Assembly (NCBI GenBank): GCA_977030845.1
Contig: OZ365118.1
Coordinates: forward strand, 21,700,001-21,764,000
Direction: 5' to 3'
DNA: 64,000 nucleotides
Origin: Fimbriosthenelais zetlandica
Taxonomy: Eukaryota
The stretch's first letter is position 1. The number at the start of each line of letters is the position of its first letter. Below the pieces are notes generated by a model. It was not told the origin of the DNA. It worked only from the letters and a program-made list of their open reading frames with translations, and made no database searches. A program made the position numbers and the translations under genes. This document shows, piece by piece, positions 38,966 through 49,110 of this stretch.

Positions 38966-40576
38966 CTAGTTCGCTTTCATTATGAATATATTAGCCACAA
39001 AAGACTGGCTTTCTTACTGTCTGATGTTGGCTTCTTTGCCGTGTGCAATACTAGACCTTTAATGGCTTCTTTGCCATAATATTATTGAACTGACTGGCTT
39101 CAGATCTAGATGTGTATATAAGCCACACAAGACTGGCTTTCTTATTATCATTATCTAAGGTTGGCTTCTCTGCCATGTGGGCTTTTGTGCTAGCCATTTT
39201 AAAAACAATATACACTGATTTCATAACCCTGTAACAATGACTGGCCTTTATGCCAAGTAAAATCGACCTGCCTCTCAAATCTATGAGAATGGAACTCGCT
39301 ATCAAACTATATGAAGTTTCCCTTTTTTGCCACGAGATATTAGTTGGCTGTCTTGTTATATATTACCTTTTGTATCATTGTCTGGCTTCTAAGCCACGAG
39401 GTTGGCTTCTTTGCCAAGTGCATATATAATGCTTTCTCTCAGATCATTTACCATTATCTACAAAATACCTGTATCAAATACTGTATCAAAGCCAGTAAAA
39501 TACTGTATCAAACCCAATAAAATACTATATCAAACTCTGTAAAACCCCGACAAGAGAAAACCCATTAACATGAGTAAAACAGTACAAGTATAAAACATAT
39601 TTTTTCGACCTTTATGATAGGAGATATCTGTGGCTATGATTGGCCTACTCTATCAGGAAGTCCGCGTGATTTGTGTGTTCATGATGTATACTAACGCGCA
39701 TGCAAGCTTGTATGTATGAGAGAGATAAATACTTCATAGATTGAAGATAAACAGGAGATAAAGAATATTCTTATACATTCTCAACTTATCCCGAGCACAC
39801 TGGGCTCTCATAGGTTGGTAATGTGTAAGATATAGTAAAACATGTGAATCACCATTAAACATATCAAACAATTTAAAAAGATTTTAAACAAATTTAAAAA
39901 GATTAGCTGAAATAGAAGTTAAAAATACGACAACAAAGCGAATCATAGTAAAGAATTATAGCACATCAAGTACATTTTAGTTCATTTTTTAAGACCAAAC
40001 CTTGCTATTGAAACGTGATGAGTATTTAGGAGTCGCGATTTTAGGGATTATGTATGCGCATCATAGCGGGTAACCGTCACAAGGACTGCTTTATGAACAT
40101 CAGAGGAAACATTGATCTGAATGGCAAGAATATATTAAACATTTACAGGAAATTCATAGAGAATTTCCAAAACATCACAAATATTTATAAGTTAAAAGCT
40201 AGCACAAGAGCATTCTGAACAGTATTACTAAAAAATATTCATGAAATAAAACGTGTATCAGTAATCGTATTTACAAAGGAGAACAAAAGAAGATTCATAT
40301 TTAGTATTCCCAAGCACGTTGAAAAACATCCATCTAGGAAACATTTAAGCTATCAAAGAATTAAATGATGTGTATGAATCAATGTTCAATCCCCTACCAC
40401 CAAGTGAATATCAAACCAACCATTGTCTGGTCCTCTAGAAACGAAGAGTTATCATGCTAATGATCTATTCATATGATTCTGATTATAATGAACCTACCAT
40501 ATGTCAATACTTCCCTCAAGTCATCCCTATACGAGCTTGACGCGAGCAGCTCAATGTTATCATAGTAATGGAGGGT

Positions 40577-40717
40577 CCTCACATCGCCTGGGTGGGCACT
40601 TTAACCCTCACATCGCCTGGTGGGCAGTTTAACCCTCACACGCCTGGGTGGGCACTTTAACCCTCACATCGCCTGGGTGGGCACTTTAACCCTCACATCG
40701 CCTGGGTGGGCACTTTA
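40577..40717. repeat. 29-bp tandem repeat, 5 copies
   Basis: ccctcacatcgcctgggtgggcactttaa. Confidence 0.93.
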
Positions 40718-43700
40718 TTCTCTTATTCTGGTCGTTAGGTCTCAGCCCCATTCTAGCTTTGCAGATAGTTTGCTTTCATTGTATTGAGGGTCGCCTCTTC
40801 TAGTTTATACCTGTCTACTTCAGTTTGATATATTGGATTTCTCTTTTCTAATCCCAATGTACGTTCTAGTAAGTTTTTTGGCTTTTAAGAATTGCAATGG
40901 TCATCTATTGCTTTGGTTGTATCTATCAACTAATAGATTAACGAGTGATATTCTACTTCAAGTGAAAAGCAATTGTTTATTTTTCCGCCAATTATTTGGA
41001 AATGGCTAAAGTACGATAAATTTAGATCACAACTTTTGTGGGGAAAATTGAATTTAGTCAGAAATATTTTTACAAATAATCTCTGTATTATTCATTATAT
41101 TAATCTAAGCAGCACGAATTGCCATTCTTTTAATTAATAGCATAGCATTTACAGACATCTATGTAAAAATATATATGTAAAATAGCACGAAATTTCGGCC
41201 AAACATAGTGTGATCGACTGATTGAAGTAGTTTGTTCACAAAGAAACTTAGCATTGGTTCTAGTTGGCAGCGACAGTTGGCAACCATTATGCCATGACCG
41301 TCTTTTACACCAATATCAGTAACATGGTCTAAAACATTTATAATTCATTTGTGTATCCATAACCAGGGCGTCACAGCAATGTTATTTTCAAAAGTTGGAG
41401 GAGAAATTCACCGTCCAAAAAACTGATGAAGTCTCCCAGTGAGATGTTGACAGATATTGGTGTAGTGTCAGCCTTCTGAGAACGCTCTGCTAGTTTTCTA
41501 TTAGGCTTAGAGGAGGCCATCTAGGCTGGAATTCGGAGGAATAAAGATAGAAGGATAGTAACTTACGTTTCATAGATTTTATTTAATCATGAAATGTAAA
41601 ATATCATTTAGCCAGGTTAGCAACTGAAATAGTTTCAACCGGCGTCAGAGTCAGTTTTATAAACCTGTAAAATCATTTATTGTTTGCTTTATTTTATATT
41701 TCTCCATATTGGGATCTTTTTCTCAAATATATGGAAGGTTTGTGGTATCAAAATACAAAATATATTTCAATCAATATTGGTTGATAGATGAATACGTTTC
41801 ACACAACTCTTTGGTAAGAGTCGGAGCATGGAGCTCTCTTTTTGTTTGGGTGGGGGAATTCTGGTTTTAGTAACATGTAGGGTAGATGGTCAACCATAGG
41901 TTGAAGGGGTCAAACAATACTAAAGCAATAGGAACTGCCGCTATCATAGCAGACATGATATCAGGGAGAAGGACAATTGATAAAAATGTAGTAACAATTT
42001 ATAGGTTATCTTTTGGGGGACTATGAAGTTCTTTTCATGCGAGTAAATGGCCTAAAATTATAGGGGTATGTGAAAACTATAAGCGATATATCACAGGGAA
42101 CGTGATGGGGATTTGGAGTCGATTCTAATCGGGATAAAAATATTTTCAATATTTGCAGGGGATAGTGCTTTTAGCACAAAGCTCATATTCCTATCAAGGA
42201 TCAATGTAACATTTTCCTTTGGGAGAAAAAAATAATTTCAAAACAATGATGCATCTTACCAACTTGTCAATTAATTATCATCTAGGCTAGTCATTCATGA
42301 AAAATTCAGGTAAATACAAAATATATTGGGGTACATATACGTGTGGTCTTCCATGCATATCTCGGCATTAAAGCTTCGAGTTCGTTTACACTTCTGACAA
42401 CAGATTCATTATCAATGTAGTACAACCCCGTACCAATATCATGGTATCATTCCCCTTCCTCTTTTTTCTTTTCTTTTCTTTTCTCTTTTCTTGTTTTCTT
42501 TTTTTTGCCAATCAGGCTTTTTTGGGTTGTTTTCATGATCTTAATTCTTTTCATTTTCCCTTTGCACATAATTGAAATACATTTTACATTTATAGAAGGG
42601 TTAACTCATTTGTACGACCATTGGTCAGACTGCAAGTGGCAGTCGTCAACTTACTCTGATATCCTTACTCTTCATTATAACATTTAGTGCATTATCAACC
42701 ATGGGATTCGTCATAAGGTCTGGTCACCTCTTTAGCTTGGGACTATTTTTGGTCTTCCATGACCAATCTTTCAGTTTATCTCGTATAGTCATTTGTTGGG
42801 ACAGATCATTCAAGTGATCATTCACAAATGCTTTTCTTTCTTGCCTTCTCTTCACCATTCCTCAGGGGAACCCACAAGTCACCATCCAACCATTCTGAAC
42901 CGATGCACATAATACTAACCCATGGATTCTCATTTTCTTCCACCAACATTTACCAAAAGCGAGTGCGTCCACTCATATTCTCATCTTCCCAAAATGAAAA
43001 CGTCTGTGATTGCTGCATGGACTCAATGGATACCTGGAGGTGCTTCTACACAATGGATACCTGGAGGTGCTTCTACACTCTTCACCTTTCCGCTACTTAT
43101 TACCTGGTGTCGACCAACACAGACCATGGTTGAATCCCTCCAGCTCAGCACATTGAGTGCTTGTCAATTGGGAGTAGGCGGGAGAAGTAGGAGGAGTAGG
43201 AAGGAGACCATTTAGACCTGATTGACGGAGAGAATGCCTCCTCTAACAGTCGTAGCTCTCCTCATTATCGTTACCATTACCTGGCGTGATGAGACAATGT
43301 TGGGCCATAGGAGAGAGAGAGAGAGAAGAGAGCGGACAACCCTCTTATATCACCCCCGACTGGACCTTCGTCATTCGTTTCTAACCCGCAGAGAGGATAT
43401 TCTCTTAATCAATTCGCACTTGGATCTTATCATATGAGACCATCACGTCATTCCCATCTTTGATGTTTCACCTCCCGTCTGAAAGGAATGTCAATAAATC
43501 CGTAGCATATATCATAACGTTTAGCGATAAAAATGACAACGTTTATCTCAGTTTATCAATGATTTAGTGATAAGATTGTTCTCAACATGCGACGTCATTT
43601 ACCTGTGCCCTCCATGGGTCTTTTCACAAGATAAGGTATTTTTCCATTCCATTGTGTTCCTACTTGCCCCATTTTGGAGTCTTTTCTTGTGGAATTGTTC

Positions 43701-43739
43701 ATGTACTATTTCATGTTATACCAATATAAATATTATACA

Positions 43740-45110
43740 AAACGTTACGCAAACGTGGTCGGGTTAACGCGAGTTAGGAATGACTCATTATCGTTTCAAA
43801 ACGGAGCCAAAAGATGATGCAATGAAAGAATGAATCATCGAAATGGAAATCCTATTTTAAATTTAAGAATTCAATTTGGATCGGAAAGTTCTTTCAAACA
43901 TGTAAAGGCTTTCGTTTTGATTTCGTTTAGAAGTGGCTTTAATAACCTGTATCTTAAGAGTTTTACTCTAAGCCAGTACGTAGAAGGTCGGCCATGTTTG
44001 TGAGTATTTCACAATACCGGAGTGTGACGTCACACAGGCGCAGACGGCCATTAATCTGTAGCGTCTATCGACCGGTCAGAACCGGTTTAACATAATGCGC
44101 AGTAGGCGGACCAGGATGTGAGTCAACGCTAACAAAGAAACCATGGCTTCATCCACAGGATTTCATAATAACCAAGCTAAATATGCGCTCTAACTACTCC
44201 CTACAGCCATTTCAGAACAAAGAATTTAGCCAAAAGTGAATGTAATGGTTTGGAATCGACTAGAACGTTCCAGAAAAGTTTTAAAGCTGCGGCTAGAAAT
44301 ATTCCATATGTTAAAGCTGCAATCGATCCAGTTTTAAAATGATTCGTTTTCTTTTCCGTGTTAATTTCCTGTCTAGAATTTGGAGTCAGATAAACTAGTT
44401 CTATGTAGAGATCCTGTGTATGTCTCAATGGTTTCACAAAACGAGCGATGTGACCTAATATTTTCACGGAGTACGCGGCAAATATTTTCCTTCTCTTTGA
44501 GTAGGAGTCGGTAAAGAACGCTGTATATTAAATGTGCCTACCTTACCACCCCATTTACAGGGTTTTTCAGTCCTCTTCTTTCCTGGTCCACCGTCGATTC
44601 ATCCCTCGCCGCGTCGTCTCCGCGTCCTCGTCCGGCGCGTCGTCCATCCCGCGTCTGGTCCGCGTCCCATCCTCGTCTGTGCTGGTGTTGGGTGTGGATG
44701 GGCTTTATATACCCACACACACGTCATGCCAACCAATGTGCATGCGCACACACAAGCTAGACTTGCCAGGGGCTTTATTACCATGGAAACCCGACCGTGT
44801 TACTCACAGCTTGTGGGCGCATTCACACCACCTTAAAATAATGTTATTTCATTATCCCAAACATTTCTATATCAGAGAAATAAGTAGTCGCTCATTTTGG
44901 TGAGAAGGATTTAATTTTGATATTTTAATGGGATTTAGTAGTTATTTTATTTTTTATCACGGACCATGTGCAAGTCTATTATGTCGAAAGGGGAGGAAAT
45001 TTCCAGATGGCGTATAGTGGACGATTGCATTAAGCTGTTGCTATTTTTAGCTCGAACGTGTGGAGACGCGTCTCCGTGGCGTCCCTGTTGTGAAAGCGCG
45101 GGATTTCCCT
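43740..45110 (-). promoter_or_regulatory. CpG-rich Pol II promoter/enhancer region with TATA box and a cluster of inducible-factor motifs
   Basis: TATATAAAG on minus at 44711-44703; CCAAT at about 44732; NRF1-like gtgcatgcgc at about 44738; NF-kB-type GGAAATTTCC 44995-45004 and GGGATTTCCC 45100-45109; CRE within perfect palindrome GTGTGACGTCACAC 44022-44035; AP-1 ATGACTCAT 43780-43788 and TGAGTCA 44119-44125; C/EBP-type TTACGCAA 43745-43752. Confidence 0.6.
44547..44683 (-). other. Candidate first exon downstream of the TATA box, with uORFs and ATG-GGG-TG just before a GTAAGG donor
   Basis: Begins about 26-30 nt from the TATA box; GC-rich; donor GT at 44546-44545; last ATG at 44554-44552. 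Confidence 0.5.
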
Positions 45111-46431
45111 TTGTCACGGTCTAGAACGTTCACCACACGTAGAGACGTAGGCCTATTGCAGCTTTAATTTAGAGAAACTCATCGATTGTATGAGAAATTG
45201 TAAATGGAACTTAATGCTTTTAAACCTTTAAAGCTATGAACGAACCTTTCAAATGATGTTTTGAGTGATTTGTATTCCTTTGGATCTATCGTAGTTTAGA
45301 AATCAAATTAAATATAATCAGCCTTAAGTCTGTTATTTTGAGTAATCAGTTTTTTTTAATGTCGCAACAAAAGTAACTTCCTTAATCTAGTCTATAATTA
45401 TACCATATTCTTTTAGAGGAAAATAAAACTTCCTTATAAAATAAAAAGACTAGGACTAGGTACAGCATCACTTGAAGGGTGTAGGCTTATAAAGGTTTAT
45501 TAGAGCGTGTCGTTGTAAACAGGCGGATCCTATGTGGCGAGTCGTGCATGAAACTGGGAAAGTCATTAGGACGGATAGAAAATTTATCAAATAGTCGGGG
45601 CGGGGAATCCACAGCTTATAGGAGCAACAACCACTATTTAAGGTTTTATCCCATTATAAAAAAGAAATAAGGGCCAACTTTACTTCATGGATAATTCCAG
45701 TTCTATTTAATACAGATAAAGGACTTTATTTTTATTAAATATTATCTTCTATCTATATTGAACAGAACTAGAAATTATTCATGGTGTGAATCCTTGAATT
45801 TCGTTTTCCTATTTGGGCCTTATATGGGATGAAAAATTGCTCTTTTCTCTTTTTAATCTTGTATTTAATTGTTTTTCTTAACTTTGCGAGACCGAAGATT
45901 CGTCCCTGTATCGCATAGAGCCTAAAAATCGGATGGAAATCCCTCCTTTCCCCTCTGTATACATATAGTTCATCTTCTTGCCACTCATGGCGCCACTGGG
46001 CATCAGTTTGGATTAAATCCAAGATGGCGGCCAGAAATATCCAAGATGGCGGCCAGATATCTGAGCGACAATTTCGGGGAAAGAAAAGCCATATATTCTC
46101 ATTAAAATCGATGGTAATCACATAAGATCCTGTAGTAGGATAGCTAAGGGGTTACTTTATTGAATAGGATAGGTTTTGAGTATGTGAGTGCGAGTATCAG
46201 GGAGCCTGCAGGCCTAAAAGTTCAGATTTTAACCATCCATCACCGACCTCTTTTAGTTCACGCTTTTGCCGCATCGTGACGCCATTGTATTTCCGGCAAT
46301 ACAGATAGTCAAAACCATCCATGTGTAGACCTGTCAGATTACTGGAAATAAGAGCTGCGAACAAAGATTTACAGCAATTTCAAGGTTACAGACAGGATCC
46401 TGGGCCGCGTTGAGGTCCGGACAGCCACAGG

Positions 46432-49110
46432 ATGGAGGAAATTCCTGATTACTTCCGCAAACTACTTCGTATGTTTGATTCTATGCGAGGTGGGTGTGTC
46501 CGTGTTCGTGGGAGACCGGGGCTAGGGCCTCCACTCGCCGGCGCTTGGTGCGAGGGAGGCCGGTATGATAAGGGTCCAGGGACCGGTTCTAATTACTCTA
46601 CCATGGGTCGTTGATGCATGTAATTAGACTGGGGTGTGGCCTTTGTATATTCATTAATTACTCATTCAACTCTCATAGGCTACGGTACTTATTATAGACA
46701 TATCAGTGGAAATATATGACCCAAACCAATCGTACTTTTTCAATTTCTCCCGTCTATTTAACTCCATAATTAATTCATTAATACTAATATTAATGGTGAA
46801 TCAACAGGTCAGTCGGTTAAGAGTTCAGGCATACCTTTCTGGGATGTGGTTGTCATTACTGCCTCTGATGAAGTTCAGAAAGAAGCCTTCGAGATCCAAA
46901 TAAAGGACAAGCAGGCGCGTGGCAGGCTGCCTCTAGGCATTCCTTATCTTGTCTTTGCTGACCCGCCTGGCCCCAAATCAGGTAAACTCTCATGACAAAA
47001 ATATATTAGAAAAATGACGATTTGTCTAAATTATAATTTATAAACATATATCTCCATACAAGCCTTTAAAGTATGATTAGAATCTGGAAAAAATCTTTTT
47101 CAATTACTCCCACATTTTTGTTATAATATTGAATATTTAGGCCCTATAGACTTATTACATAGATGTATTCTAATGAATGAATAAATGCGACCCATTGTCC
47201 TGTAATATGATCTATATACCATCCACCATTAATATAGATCTGTAAGTATACATGTATTATATTGACGGTGTAGGGTGTGGAGGGTCGACCATGCAGGTGA
47301 TCAGTGAACTCGTTAATCTCTATGGCTGGGATAAAGTCAACACGTGGAGGATAATCTTAATGACAGCTGGAGGACAGAGTCAGAGATTACCCAGCGCCAG
47401 CGTCCTCGGTAAAATCTTCACAGCTCTCCCTATAGCTGACTCAGATTATCAGGTGCGTGCTCATTATGTGGGCTACTTACCCCCCCCCCCCCCCCCCCGT
47501 ACTGAGGCATGACCTAACATGTATTACATGCAATAGAAGCTAAGACCCGGACCAATATTTATAATACGCTTATATTATACCGGTACATTACATATATATA
47601 TATATAATCTTGTACGGTAGGATCATTATTTTAATTCATTTTTGGCTCATTGCTCCATACTCAATATATGAATCACTGAGTTCAGTACAAGATTACTCAG
47701 GTTTAAGAGACTACTGTAGAAGGTGATTATTTTCAGATGTTGGAGGTGAAGTTGGCGCTCTATCTACCCTTCCTCCGGCGTATGTCTCCTGGCGTCTTTC
47801 ATCCAGCCTCAGACTGTGTGGAACTTTATGCCCTGGAGGACCAGGGAGAGGGAGAGGAGTGGAACTTTACCTCGCCCGGGATCACCGCACTAGCTCACCC
47901 CTCATCCCTCCAGATAGGAGCAACTCACGGGGTGTACGTGCTGGAGGACCAACCCCCAACCCCCGGAGGAAATAAAACCAGCAAGAAAGCAGAGTTCAGA
48001 ACTTGTCAAAAAGTCCTACAGAAACCCAGCGTCAGTAGAATGAGGGAGGAAGGCGCGGTGCTCACAGACAGCGAGCAGAATGAGTTTGTCTACTCTGACA
48101 GTTTGTTCTTCTTTGATCATGAAGTCTCCAGGAAACTGTGTGATTTTTACCGCCAGGAATCACCCATGAATTGTGAGATTGATTCCTATGGTGATTTCCT
48201 ACAACCTCTGGGCACCAAGGCCACCATAGACTACACCAGAGACACACACAACGTGAGACAGGTGGACAGTAACCTGGTGTCTGTCAGACAGAAGCTCTAC
48301 CACCTCCTCCATCAAGTACCACTTCATATAGTCGCTTTAAACGCGTCCAAGTTCTACCATTACGGTACCTTCACTGAGTACCTCTACCACCTCACTCATG
48401 ATCCAGTTATAGCCAGAGAAATGGACTTCACCAGAGTGATCCAATCTAAAATGACAGGTGGAAGTAATAGTGATTACTCACCTGTACGGAAAAAGATGAG
48501 GGTGAACCCTCAAGGTGTTGTCATGCACTCTGTTATACATGAAGATTCAGAGCTTCCTCACAGGAGTCTTATAGAGTACAGTCATATTAACGTACCTCTC
48601 ATAGTCGGGGAAGGCTCTGTGATCAGTAACTGTGAATACCTGAGTTTAAGTAAGACACACATTACCATACCTGCTAATACCTTCCTACATACAGTCTCTC
48701 TTAGCTTTAAGGACGAGGTCTGGTACACCACTATTGTCTTTAGTATTAAGGATAATCTTAAGAAAACCTCGAGTTTTTCTAGCGTTGGCGGCCTGCCGTA
48801 TTTCGGACAGAACCTTAATGAAGCCATGACTAAGTTAGGTTATGAGAAAGAGAAGGTTTTTACTGGTAAAGGTGAGGAGGATGAGTGTAGTCTGTGGGGG
48901 GCGAGGTTATTCCCTGGTCACTCTAGTATGAGTGACTCGTTCAGGCAAGCTTTAGATATGATAGACCGACTCGGCAGTAAGCCGAGCTCTCATCAACATT
49001 CTAGTCCTGCTCATCCCTTGTTTTCTATGGCAGATGTTATGAAGAGGAAAGAAATAAACTTCATGCTTAAATTTAGAAATAAAATAGCAAAGATGGTGCA
49101 GGAAAAATAA
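46432..49110 (+). CDS. FPGT: Fucose-1-phosphate guanylyltransferase (GDP-L-fucose pyrophosphorylase), 4 exons, 594 aa
   Basis: Exons 46432-46489, 46808-46981, 47274-47452, 47737-49110 (GT-AG, phases consistent, 1785 nt). Motifs recognised from FPGT: FWDVVVITASDE, VFADPPG-K-G-GGST, AGGQSQRLPSASVLGKIFTALP, MLEVKLALY, TALAHPSS-IG-THGVYVL, CEIDSYGDFLQPLG, SKFYHYGT. Confidence 0.95.

Larger units (their letters stand above)
27177..39824 (+). ncRNA. Candidate cluster of 8 pri-miRNA-like hairpins, one per macro-repeat unit
   Basis: Cores ACATT...AATGT at 27177-27226, 29458-29507, 31170-31256 (internal 37-nt duplication), 32921-32970, 34521-34570, 35796-35845, 38175-38224, 39775-39824. Consensus has 13 of 15 outer-stem pairs, a GAGC/GCTC upper stem and a ~11-nt basal stem. 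Folded by eye; no expression evidence. Confidence 0.5.
27170..39830. repeat. Degenerate macro-tandem array, 7-8 units of 1.3-2.4 kb with nested minisatellites
   Basis: Anchor motif at 27187, 29468, 31180/31217, 32931, 34531, 35806, 38185, 39785. Units from 31.1 to 37.7 kb are colinear over long stretches (e.g. gagactatcgttctcaactttcaagttggc, ctgaattcaccagcagcgcaggtgagatgg). Confidence 0.93.

Noticed and set aside
29468-39817. 33-nt blocks flanked by CAG and GTAATG read as tandem coding microexons (PIPSTLGSHKL repeats)
   Set aside because: The acceptor AG is lost in three copies (CAA at 27186 and 39784, CAT at 38184) and one donor is lost. Substitutions are as often non-synonymous as synonymous. 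Two of the three AG losses improve hairpin pairing, so RNA structure explains the conservation better, though splicing of some copies is not excluded.
27187-39817. CRISPR-like array (conserved ~33-36-nt repeat with dyad symmetry)
   Set aside because: Eukaryotic intron-rich context, no cas genes, and the intervals are kilobase-long mutually homologous units rather than unique 30-40-nt spacers.
39960-43500. Degenerate LINE or other retroelement ORFs
   Set aside because: Short interrupted frames with no recognisable RT, endonuclease or integrase motif; a Dfam or tBLASTx search is needed.
44532-44903. Overlapping 60-123-aa ORFs on both strands
   Set aside because: A by-product of high GC content at the promoter/first exon; low-complexity Arg/Pro translations with no family motif.
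45770-46130. Twin YY1 motifs CAAGATGGCGGC (46020, 46042) and a kB-like site at 45935 as FPGT promoter elements
   Set aside because: The surrounding sequence resembles non-autonomous DNA-transposon interiors that commonly carry gccgccatcttgg; function cannot be inferred.
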